From Eledone cirrhosa (lineage: Eukaryota), in assembly GCA_964016885.1 (NCBI GenBank), contig OZ024759.1, positions 5,766,001 to 5,830,000 of the forward strand: DNA of 64,000 bases. Reading direction: 5' to 3'. The notes below the pieces were generated by a model. That model was not told the DNA's origin. It worked only from the letters and a program-made list of their open reading frames with translations, and did no database searches. The position numbers were made by a program, and so were the translations under genes. Within the stretch, counting starts at the first letter, position 1; every line of letters starts with the position of its first letter. Below are positions 14,601 through 26,759 of this stretch, piece by piece.

Positions 14601-15829
14601 TGAGAATTCATTTAAGTTCATGGTATTAGCTGTCAGAAGGAACTCCACTGTTGGTGAGAATTCATTTAAGTTCATGGTATTAGCTGTCAGAAGGAACTCC
14701 ACTGTTGGTGAGAATTCATTTAAGTTCATGGTATTAGCTGTCAGAAGTAACTCCAATGTTGGTGAGAATTCATTTAAGTTCATGGTATTAGCTGTCAGAA
14801 GTAACTCCACTGTTGGTGAGAATTTATTTAAGTTCATGGTATTAGCTGTCAGAAGTAACTCCACTGTTGGTGAGAATTCATTTAAGTTCATGGTACTAGC
14901 TGTCAGAAGTAACTCCACTGTTGGTGAGAATTCATTTAAGTTCATGGTATTAGTTTGTCAGAAGTAACTCCACTGTTGGTGAGAATTCATTTAAGTCATG
15001 GTATTAGTTGTCAGAAGTAACTCCAATGTTGGTGAGGATTCATTTAAGTTCATGGTACTAGCTGTCAGAAGTAACTCCACTGTTGGTGAGAATTCATTTA
15101 AGTTCATGGTACTAGCTGTCAGAAGTAACTCCACTGTTGGTGAGAATTCATTTAAGTCATGGTATTAGCTGTCAGAAGTCACTCCAATGTTGGTGAGAAT
15201 TCATTTAAGTTCATGGTATTAGCTGTCAGAAGTCACTCCACTTTTGGTGAGAATTCATTTAAGTTCATGGTACTAGCTGTCAGAAGTAACCCCAATGTTG
15301 GTGAGAATTCATTTAAGTTCATGGTATTAGCTGTCAGAAGTCACTCCAATGTTGGTGAGAATTCATTTAAGTTCATGGTATTAGCTGTCAGAAGTAACTC
15401 CACTGTTGGTGAGAATTCATTTAAGTTCATGGTATTAGCTGTCAGAAGTAACTCCACTGTTGGTGAGAATTCATTTAAGTTCATGGTATTAGCTGTCAGA
15501 AGTAACTCCACTGTTGGTGAGAATTCATTTAAGTCATGGTACTCGCTGTCAGAAGTAACTCCACTGTTGGTGAGAATTCATTTAAGTTCATGGTATTAGC
15601 TGTCAGAAGGAACGCCACTGTTGGTGAGAATTCATTTAAGTTCATGGTACTAGCTGTCAGAAGTAACTCCAATGTTGGTGAGAATTCATTTAAGTTCATG
15701 GTATTAGCTGTCAGAAGGAACGCCATTGTTGGTGAGAATTCATTTAAGTTCATGGTATTAGTTTGTCAGAAGTAACTCCACTGTTGGTGAGAATTCATTT
15801 AAGTCATGGTATTAGTTGTCAGAAGTAAC

Positions 15830-17000
15830 TCCAGTGTTGGTGAGAATTCATTTAAGTCATGGTACTAGCTGTCAGAAGTAACTCCAATGTTGGTGAGAAT
15901 TCATTTAAGTTCATGGTATTAGCTGTCAGAAGTAACTCCACTGTTTATGAGAATTCATTTAAGTTCATGGTATTAGCTTTCAGAAGTAACTCCACTGTTG
16001 GTGAGAATTCATTTAAGTTCATGGTACTAGCTGTCAGAAGTAACTCCACTGTTGGTGAGAATTCATTTAAGTTCATGGTATTAGCTGTCAGAAGTAACTC
16101 CAATGTTGGTTAGAATTCATTTAAGTTCATGGTATTAGCTGTCAGAAGTAACTCCACTGTTGGTGAGAATTCATTTAAGTTCATGGTATTAGCTGTCAGA
16201 AGTAACTCCACTGTTGGTGAGAATTCATTTAAGTTCATGGTACTAGCTGTCAGAAGTAACTCCACTGTTGGTGAGAATTCATTTAAGTTCATGTTATTAG
16301 TTTGTCAGAAGTAACTCCACTGTTGGTGAGAATTCATTTAAGTCATGGTATTAGTTGTCAGAAGTAACTCCAATGTTGGTGAGAATTCATTTAAGTTCAT
16401 GGTACTAGCTGTCAGAAGTAACTCCAGTGTTGGTGAGAATTCATTTAAGTCATGGTACTAGCTGTCAGAAGTAACTCCAATGTTGGTGAGAATTCATTTA
16501 AGTTCATGGTATTAGCTGTCAGAAGTAACTCCACTGTTTATGAGAATTCATTTAAGTTCATGGTATTAGCTTTCAGAAGTAACTCCACTGTTGGTGAGAA
16601 TTCATTTAAGTTCATGGTACTAGCTGTCAGAAGTAACTCCACTGTTGGTGAGAATTCATTTAAGTTCATGGTATTAGCTGTCAGAAGTAACTCCAATGTT
16701 GGTTAGAATTCATTTAAGTTCATGGTATTAGCTGTCAGAAGTAACTCCACTGTTGGTGAGAATTCATTTAAGTTCATGGTATTAGCTGTCAGAAGTAACT
16801 CCACTGTTGGTGAGAATTCATTTAAGTTCATGGTACTAGCTGTCAGAAGTAACTCCACTGTTGGTGACAATTCATTTAAGTTCATGTTATTAGTTTGTCA
16901 GAAGTAACTCCACTGTTGGTGAGAATTCATTTAAGTCATGGTATTAGTTGTCAGAAGTAACTCCAATGTTGGTGAGAATTCATTTAAGTTCATGGTACTA
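15830..17000. repeat. Tandem duplication of an 11-monomer unit (593 bp)
   Basis: ORF pairs 15859/16452 and 16129/16722. The marker series CCAGTG, TTTATGAG, GCTTTCAG, GGTTAGAA, ATGTTATTAGTTTG repeats at +593. Confidence 0.88.
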
Positions 17001-17149
17001 GCTGTCAGAAGTAACTCCACTGTTGGTGAGAATTCATTTAAGTTCATGGTATTAGCTGTCAGAAGTAACTCCACTGTTGGTGAGAATTCATTTAAGTCAT
17101 GGTATTAGCTGTCAGAAGTAACTCCATTGTTGGTGAGAATTCATTTAAG

Positions 17150-20100
17150 TCATGGTACTAGCTGTCAGAAGTAACTCCACTGTTGGTGAGAATTCATTTA
17201 CGTTCATGGTACTAGCTGTCAGAAGTAACTCCACTGTTGGTGAGATTTCATTTAAGTTCATGGTACTAGCTGTCAGAAGTAACTCCACCGTTGGTGAGAA
17301 TTCATTTAAGTTCATGGTTCTAGCTGTCAGAAGTAACTCCACTGTTGGTGAGAATTCATTTAAGTTCATGGTATTAGCTGTCAGAAGTAACTCCACTGTT
17401 GGTGAGAATTCATTTAAGTTCATGGTACTAGCTGTCAGAAGTAACTCCACTGTTGGTGAGAATTCATTTAAGTTCATGGTATTAGCTGTCAGAAGTCACT
17501 CCAATGTTGGTGAGAATTCATTTAAGTTCATGGTATTAGCTGTCAGAAGGCACTCCACTGTTGGTGAGAATTCATTTAAGTTCATGGTACTAGCTGTCAG
17601 AAGTAACCCCAATGTTGGTGAGAATTCATTTAAGTTCATGGTATTAGCTGTCAGAAGTCACTCCAATGTTGGTGAGAATTCATTTAAGTTCATGGTATTA
17701 GCTGTCAGAAGTAACTCCACTGTTGGTGAGAATTCATTTAAGTTCATGGTACTAGCTGTCAGAAGTAACTCCAATGTTGGTGAGAATTCATTTAAGTTCA
17801 TGGTATTAGCTGTCAGAAGGCACTCCACTGTTGGTGAGAATTCATTTAAGTTCATGGTACTAGCTGTCAGAAGTAACCCCAATGTTGGTGAGAATTCATT
17901 TAAGTTCATGGTATTAGCTGTCAGAAGTCACTCCAATGTTGGTGAGAATTCATTTAAGTTCATGGTATTAGCTGTCAGAAGTAACTCCACTGTTGGTGAG
18001 AATTCATTTAAGTTCATGGTATTAGCTGTCAGAAGTAACTCCACTGTTGGTGAGAATTCATTTAAGTTCATGGTATTAGCTGTCAGAAGGAACTCCAATG
18101 TTGGTGAGAATTCATTTAAGTCATGGTATTAGCTGTCAGAAGGAACGCCACTGTTGGTGAGAATTCATTTAAGTTCATGGTACTAGCTGTCAGAAGTAAC
18201 TCCACTGTTGGTGAGAATTCATTTAAGTTCATGGTACTAGCTGTCAGAAGTAACTCCAATGTTGGTGAGAATTCATTTAAGTTCATGGTATTAGCTGTCA
18301 GAAGGAACTCCACTGTTGGTGAGAATTCATTTAAGTTCATGGTATTAGCTGTCAGAAGTAACTCCACTGTTGGTGAGAATTCATTTAAGTCATGGTACTA
18401 GCTGTCAGAAGTAACTCCACTGTTGGTGAGAATTCATTTACGTTCATGGTACTAGCTGTCAGAAGTAACTCCACTGTTGGTGAGATTTCATTTAAGTTCA
18501 TGGTACTAGCTGTCAGAAGTAACTCCACTGTTGGTGAGAATTCATTTAAGTTCATGGTTCTAGCTGTCAGAAGTAACTCCACTGTTGGTGAGAATTCATT
18601 TAAGTTCATGGTATTAGCTGTCAGAAGTAACTCCACTGTTGGTGAGAATTCATTTAAGTTCATGGTACTAGCTGTCAGAAGTAACTCCACTGTTGGTGAG
18701 AATTCATTTAAGTTCATGGTATTAGCTGTCAGAAGTCACTCCAATGTTGGTGAGAATTCATTTAAGTTCATGGTATTAGCTGTCAGAAGGCACTCCACTG
18801 TTGGTGAGAATTCATTTAAGTTCATGGTACTAGCTGTCAGAAGTAACCCCAATGTTGGTGAGAATTCATTTAAGTTCATGGTATTAGCTGTCAGAAGTCA
18901 CTCCAATGTTGGTGAGAATTCATTTAAGTTCATGGTATTAGCTGTCAGAAGTAACTCCACTGTTGGTGAGAATTCATTTAAGTTCATGGTACTAGCTGTC
19001 AGAAGTAACTCCAATGTTGGTGAGAATTCATTTAAGTTCATGGTATTAGCTGTCAGAAGGCACTCCACTGTTGGTGAGAATTCATTTAAGTTCATGGTAC
19101 TAGCTGTCAGAAGTAACCCCAATGTTGGTGAGAATTCATTTAAGTTCATGGTATTAGCTGTCAGAAGTCACTCCAATGTTGGTGAGAATTCATTTAAGTT
19201 CATGGTATTAGCTGTCAGAAGTAACTCCACTGTTGGTGAGAATTCATTTAAGTTCATGGTATTAGCTGTCAGAAGTAACTCCACTGTTGGTGAGAATTCA
19301 TTTAAGTTCATGGTATTAGCTGTCAGAAGGAATTCCAATGTTGGTGAGAATTCATTTAAGTCATGGTATTAGCTGTCAGAAGGAACGCCACTGTTGGTGA
19401 GAATTCATTTAAGTTCATGGTACTAGCTGTCAGAAGTAACTCCACTGTTGGTGAGAATTCATTTAAGTTCATGGTACTAGCTGTCAGAAGTAACTCCAAT
19501 GTTGGTGAGAATTCATTTAAGTTCATGGTATTAGCTGTCAGAAGTAACTCCACTGTTGGTGAGAATTCATTTAAGTTCATGGTATTAGCTGTCAGAAGGA
19601 ATTCCAATGTTGGTGAGAATTCATTTAAGTCATGGTATTAGCTGTCAGAAGGAACGCCACTGTTGGTGAGAATTCATTTAAGTTCATGGTATTAGCTGTC
19701 AGAAGTAACTCCACTGTTGGTGAGAATTCATTTAAGTCATGGTACTAGCTGTCAGAAGTAACTCCACTGTTGGTGAGAATTCATTTACGTTCATGGTACT
19801 AGCTGTCAGAAGTAACTCCACTGTTGGTGAGATTTCATTTAAGTTCATGGTACTAGCTGTCAGAAGTAACTCCACTGTTGGTGAGAATTCATTTAAGTTC
19901 ATGGTTCTAGCTGTCAGAAGTAACTCCACTGTTGGTGAGAATTCATTTAAGTTCATGGTATTAGCTGTCAGAAGTAACTCCACTGTTGGTGAGAATTCAT
20001 TTAAGTTCATGGTACTAGCTGTCAGAAGTAACTCCACTGTTGGTGAGAATTCATTTAAGTTCATGGTATTAGCTGTCAGAAGTCACTCCAATGTTGGTGA

Positions 20101-20960
20101 GAATTCATTTAAGTTCATGGTATTAGCTGTCAGAAGGCACTCCACTGTTGGTGAGAATTCATTTAAGTTCATGGTACTAGCTGTCAGAAGTAACCCCAAT
20201 GTTGGTGAGAATTCATTTAAGTTCATGGTATTAGCTGTCAGAAGTCACTCCAATGTTGGTGAGAATTCATTTAAGTTCATGGTATTAGCTGTCAGAAGTA
20301 ACTCCACTGTTGGTGAGAATTCATTTAAGTTCATGGTACTAGCTGTCAGAAGTAACTCCAATGTTGGTGAGAATTCATTTAAGTTCATGGTATTAGCTGT
20401 CAGAAGGCACTCCACTGTTGGTGAGAATTCATTTAAGTTCATGGTACTAGCTGTCAGAAGTAACCCCAATGTTGGTGAGAATTCATTTAAGTTCATGGTA
20501 TTAGCTGTCAGAAGTCACTCCAATGTTGGTGAGAATTCATTTAAGTTCATGGTATTAGCTGTCAGAAGTAACTCCACTGTTGGTGAGAATTCATTTAAGT
20601 TCATGGTATTAGCTGTCAGAAGTAACTCCACTGTTGGTGAGAATTCATTTAAGTTCATGGTATTAGCTGTCAGAAGGAATTCCAATGTTGGTGAGAATTC
20701 ATTTAAGTCATGGTATTAGCTGTCAGAAGGAACGCCACTGTTGGTGAGAATTCATTTAAGTTCATGGTACTAGCTGTCAGAAGTAACTCCACTGTTGGTG
20801 AGAATTCATTTAAGTTCATGGTACTAGCTGTCAGAAGTAACTCCAATGTTGGTGAGAATTCATTTAAGTTCATGGTATTAGCTGTCAGAAGGAACTCCAC
20901 TGTTGGTGAGAATTCATTTAAGTTCATGGTATTAGCTGTCAGAAGTAACTCCACTGTTGG
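17150..20960. repeat. Three-copy local higher-order repeat (periods 1240 and 1347 bp), each copy with an internal 270-bp (5-monomer) duplication
   Basis: Identical 981-bp indel-free runs start at 17152, 18392 and 19739, with markers TTTACGTTC, GAGATTTC and GGTTCTAG. AAGGCACTCC occurs twice per unit, 270 bp apart (~17547/~17817). Confidence 0.93.
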
Positions 20961-23900
20961 TGAGAATTCATTTAAGTTCATGGTACTAGTTGTCAGAAGT
21001 AACTCCACTGTTGGTGAGAATTCATTTAAGTTCATGGTATTAGTTGTCAGAAGTAACTCCACTGTTGGTGAGAATTCATTTAAGTCATGGTATTAGTTGT
21101 CAGAAGTAACTCCAATGTTGGTGAGAATTCATTTAAGTTCATGGTACTAGCTGTCAGAAGTAACTCCACTGTTGGTGAGAATTCATTTAAGTTCATGGTA
21201 TTAGCTGTCAGAAGGAACTCCACTGTTGGTGAGAATTCATTTAAGTTCATGGTACTAGCTGTCAGAAGTAACTCCACTGTTGGTGAGAATTCATTTAAGT
21301 TCATGGTACTAGCTGTCAGAAGTAACTCCACTGTTGGTGAGAATTCATTTAAGTCATGGTATTAGCTGTCAGAAGTAACTCCAATGTTGGTGAGAATTCA
21401 TTTAAGTTCATGGTATTAGCTGTCAGAAGTAACTCCACTGTTGGTGAGAATTCATTTAAGTTCATGGTACTAACTGTCAGAAGTAACTCCACTGTTGGTG
21501 AGAATTCATTTAAGTTCATGGTATTAGTTTGTCAGAAGTAACTCCACTGTTGGTGAGAATTCATTTAAGTCATGGTATTAGTTGTCAGAAGTAACTGCAA
21601 TGTTGGTGAGAATTCATTTAAGTTCATGGTATTAGCTGTCAGAAGTAACTCCACTGTTGGTGAGAATTCATTTAAGTTCATGGTATTAGCTGTCAGAAGG
21701 AACTCCAATGTTGGTGAGAATTCATTTAAGTCATGGTACTAGCTGTCAGAAGTAACTCCACTGTTGGTGAGAATTCATTTAAGTTCATGGTATTAGCTGT
21801 CAGAAGGAACGCCACTGTTGGTGAGAATTCATTTAAGTTCATGGTATTAGCTGTCAGAAGTAACTCCACTGTTGGTGAGAATTCATTTAAGTTCATGGTA
21901 CTAGCTGTCAGAAGTAACTCCATTGTTGGTGAGAATTCATTTACGTCATGGTACTAGCTGTCAGAAGTAACTCCACTGTTGGTGAGAATTCATTTAAGTT
22001 CATGGTATTAGTTTGTCAGAAGTAACTCCAATGTTGGTGAGAATTCATTTAAGTTCATGGTACTAGCTGTCAGAAGTAACTCCACTGTTGGTGAGAATTC
22101 ATTTAAGTTCATGGTATTAGCTGTCAGAAGTAACTCCACTGTTGGTGAGAATTCATTTAAGTTCATGGTACTAGCTGTCAGAAGTAACTCCAATGTTGGT
22201 GAGAATTTATTTAAGTTCATGGTATTAGCTGTCAGAAGTAACTCCACTGTTGGTGAGAATTCATTTAAGTTCATGGTACTAGCTGTCAGAAGTAACTCCA
22301 CTGTTGGTGAGAATTCATTTAAGTTCATGGTATTAGTTTGTCAGAAGTAACTCCACTGTTGGTGAGAATTCATTTAAGTCATGGTATTAGTTGTCAGAAG
22401 TAACTCCAATGTTGGTGAGAATTCATTTAAGTTCATGGTACTAGCTGTCAGAAGTAACTCCACTGTTGGTGAGAATTCATTTAGGTTCATGGTACTAGCT
22501 GTCAGAAGTAACTCCACTGTTGGTGAGAATTCATTTAAGTCATGGTATTAGCTGTCAGAAGTCACTCCAATGTTGTTGAGAATTCATTTAAGTTCATGGT
22601 ATTAGCTGTCAGAAGTCACTCCACTTTTGGTGAGAATTCATTTAAGTTCATGGTACTAGCTGTCAGAAGTAACCCCAATGTTGGTGAGAATTCATTTAAG
22701 TTCATGGTATTAGCTGTCAGAAGTCACTCCAATGTTGGTGAGAATTCATTTAAGTTCATGGTATTAGCTGTCAGAAGTAACTCCACTGTTGGTGAGAATT
22801 CATTTAAGTTCATGGTATTAGCTGTCAGAAGTAACTCCACTGTTGGTGAGAATTCATTTAAGTTCATGGTATTAGCTGTCAGAAGTAACTCCACTGTTGG
22901 TGAGAATTCATTTAAGTCATGGTACTCGCTGTCAGAAGTAACTCCACTGTTGGTGAGAATTCATTTAAGTTCATGGTATTAGCTGTCAGAAGGAACGCCA
23001 CTGTTGGTGAGAATTCATTTAAGTTCATGGTACTAGCTGTCAGAAGTAACTCCAATGTTGGTGAGAATTCATTTAAGTTCATGGTATTAGCTGTCAGAAG
23101 GAACGCCATTGTTGGTGAGAATTCATTTAAGTTCATGGTATTAGTTTGTCAGAAGTAACTCCACTGTTGGTGAGAATTCATTTAAGTCATGGTATTAGTT
23201 GTCAGAAGTAACTCCAGTGTTGGTGAGAATTCATTTAAGTCATGGTACTAGCTGTCAGAAGTAACTCCAATGTTGGTGAGAATTCATTTAAGTTCATGGT
23301 ATTAGCTGTCAGAAGTAACTCCACTGTTTATGAGAATTCATTTAAGTTCATGGTATTAGCTTTCAGAAGTAACTCCACTGTTGGTGAGAATTCATTTAAG
23401 TTCATGGTACTAGCTGTCAGAAGTAACTCCACTGTTGGTGAGAATTCATTTAAGTTCATGGTATTAGCTGTCAGAAGTAACTCCAATGTTGGTTAGAATT
23501 CATTTAAGTTCATGGTATTAGCTGTCAGAAGTAACTCCACTGTTGGTGAGAATTCATTTAAGTTCATGGTATTAGCTGTCAGAAGTAACTCCACTGTTGG
23601 TGAGAATTCATTTAAGTTCATGGTACTAGCTGTCAGAAGTAACTCCACTGTTGGTGAGAATTCATTTAAGTTCATGTTATTAGTTTGTCAGAAGTAACTC
23701 CACTGTTGGTGAGAATTCATTTAAGTCATGGTATTAGTTGTCAGAAGTAACTCCAATGTTGGTGAGAATTCATTTAAGTTCATGGTACTAGCTGTCAGAA
23801 GTAACTCCACTGTTGGTGAGAATTCATTTAAGTTCATGGTATTAGCTGTCAGAAGTAACTCCACTGTTGGTGAGAATTCATTTTAGTCATGGTATTAGCT

Positions 23901-26120
23901 GTCAGAAGTAACTCCATTGTTGGTGAGAATTCATTTAAGTCATGGTACTAGCTGTCAGAAGTAACTCCACTGTTGGTGAGAATTCATTTAAGTTCATGGT
24001 TCTAGCTGTCAGAAGTAACTCCACTGTTGGTGAGAATTCATTTAAGTTCATGGTATTAGCTGTCAGAAGTAACTCCACTGTTGGTGAGAATTCATTTAAG
24101 TTCATGGTACTAGCTGTCAGAAGTAACTCCACTGTTGGTGAGAATTCATTTAAGTTCATGGTATTAGCTGTCAGAAGTCACTCCAATGTTGGTGAGAATT
24201 CATTTAAGTTCATGGTATTAGCTGTCAGAACGCACTCCACTGTTGGTGAGAATTCATTTAAGTTCATGGTACTAGCTGTCAGAAGTAACCCCAATGTTGG
24301 TGAGAATTCATTTAAGTTCATGGTATTAGCTGTCAGAAGTCACTCCAATGTTGGTGAGAATTCATTTAAGTTCATGGTATTAGCTGTCAGAAGTAACTCC
24401 ACTGTTGGTGAGAATTCATTTAAGTTCATGGTACTAGCTGTCAGAAGTAACTCCAATGTTGGTGAGAATTCATTTAAGTTCATGGTATTAGCTGTCAGAA
24501 GGCACTCCACTGTTGGTGAGAATTCATTTAAGTTCATGGTACTAGCTGTCAGAAGTAACCCCAATGTTGGTGAGAATTCATTTAAGTTCATGGTATTAGC
24601 TGTCAGAAGTCACTCCAATGTTGGTGAGAATTCATTTAAGTTCATGGTATTAGCTATCAGAAGTAACTCCACTGTTGGTGAGAATTCATTTAAGTTCATG
24701 GTATTAGCTGTCAGAAGTAACTCCACTGTTGGTGAGAATTCATTTAAGTTCATGGTATTAGCTGTCAGAAGGAACTCCAATGTTGGTGAGAATTCATTTA
24801 AGTCATGGTATTAGCTGTCAGAAGGAACGCCACTGTTGGTGAGAATTCATTTAAGTTCATGGTACTAGCTGTCAGAAGTAACTCCACTGTTGGTGAGAAT
24901 TCATTTAAGTTCATGGTACTAGCTGTCAGAAGTAACTCCAATGTTGGTGAGAATTCATCTAAGTTCATGGTATTAGCTGTCAGAAGGAACTCCACTGTTG
25001 GTGAGAATTCATTTAAGTTCATGGTATTAGCTGTCAGAAGTAACTCCACTGTTGGTGAGAATTCATTTAAGTTCATGGTACTAGTTGTCAGAAGTAACTC
25101 CACTGTTGGTGAGAATTCATTTAAGTTCGTGGTATTAGTTGTCAGAAGTAACTCCACTGTTGGTGAGAATTCATTTAAGTCATGGTATTAGTTGTCAGAA
25201 GTAACTCCAATGTTGGTGAGAATTCATTTAAGTTCATGGTACTAGCTGTCAGAAGTAACTCCACTGTTGGTGAGAATTCATTTAAGTTCATGGTATTAGC
25301 TGTCAGAAGGAACTCCACTGTTGGTGAGAATTCATTTAAGTTCATGGTACTAGCTGTCAGAAGTAACTCCACTGTTGGTGAGAATTCATTTAAGTTCATG
25401 GTACTAGCTGTCAGAAGTAACTCCACTGTTGGTGAGAATTCATTTAAGTCATGGTATTAGCTGTCAGAAGTAACTCCAATGTTGGTGAGAATTCATTTAA
25501 GTTCATGGTATTAGCTGTCAGAAGTAACTCCACTGTTGGTGAGAATTCATTTAAGTTCATGGTACTAACTGTCAGAAGTAACTCCACTGTTGGTGAGAAT
25601 TCATTTAAGTTCATGGTATTAGTTTGTCAGAAGTAACTCCACTGTTGGTGAGAATTCATTTAAGTCATGGTATTAGTTGTCAGAAGTAACTCCAATGTTG
25701 GTGAGAATTCATTTAAGTTCATGGTATTAGCTGTCAGAAGTAACTCCACTGTTGGTGAGAATTCATTTAAGTTCATGGTATTAGCTGTCAGAAGGAACTC
25801 CAATGTTGGTGAGAATTCATTTAAGTCATGGTACTAGCTGTCAGAAGTAACTCCACTGTTGGTGAGAATTCATTTAAGTTCATGGTATTAGCTGTCAGAA
25901 GGAACGCCACTGTTGGTGAGAATTCATTTAAGTTCATGGTATTAGCTGTCAGAAGTAACTCCACTGTTGGTGAGAATTCATTTAAGTTCATGGTACTAGC
26001 TGTCAGAAGTAACTCCATTGTTGGTGAGAATTCATTTACGTCATGGTACTAGCTGTCAGAAGTAACTCCACTGTTGGTGAGAATTCATTTAAGTTCATGG
26101 TATTAGTTTGTCAGAAGTAA
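19900..26120. repeat. Block duplication, ~19900-22025 vs ~23995-26120 (offset 4095 bp, ~76 monomers)
   Basis: ATGGTTCTAG at 19901/23996. ORF pairs 20710/24805, 21087/25182, 21356/25451 and 21733/25828. Shared GTACTAACTG and TTTACGTCATG. Confidence 0.9.
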
Positions 26121-26759
26121 CTCCACTGTTGGTGAGAATTCATTTAAGTCATGGTATTAGTTGTCAGAAGTAACTCCAATGTTGGTGAGAATTCATTTAA
26201 GTTCATGGTACTAGCTGTCAGAAGTAACTCCATTGTTGGTGAGAATTCATTTAAGTTCATGGTACTAGCTGTCAGAAGTAACTCCACCGTTGGTGAGAAT
26301 TCATTTAAGTTCATGGTATTAGTTTGTCAGAAGTAACTCCACTGTTGGTGAGAATTCATTTAAGTCATGGTATTAGTTGTCAGAAGTAACTCCAATGTTG
26401 GTGAGAATTCATTTAAGTCATGGTACTAGCTGTCAGAAGTAACTACAATGTTGGTGAGAATTCATTTAAGTTCATGGTATTAGCTGTCAGAAGGAACTCC
26501 ACTGTTGGTGAGAATTCATTTAAGTTCATGGTATTAGCTGTCAGAAGTAACTCCACTGTTGGTGAGAATTCATTTAAGTTCATGGTACTAGCTGTCAGAA
26601 GTAACTCCAATGTTGGTGAGAATTCATTTAAGTTCATGGTATTAGCTGTCAGAAGTAACTCCACTGTTGGTGAGAATTTATTTAAGTCATGGTATTAGCT
26701 GTCAGAAGTAACTCCAATGTTGGTGAGAATTCATTTAAGTTCATGGTATTAGCTGTCAG

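Larger units (their letters stand above)
14815..23808. repeat. Dispersed block duplication, ~14815-16425 vs ~22198-23808 (offset 7383 bp)
   Basis: AATTTATT at 14821/22204. ORF pairs 15159/22542, 15536/22919, 15859/23242 and 16129/23512. Markers TTTATGAG, GCTTTCAG and GGTTAGAA are in register. Confidence 0.88.
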
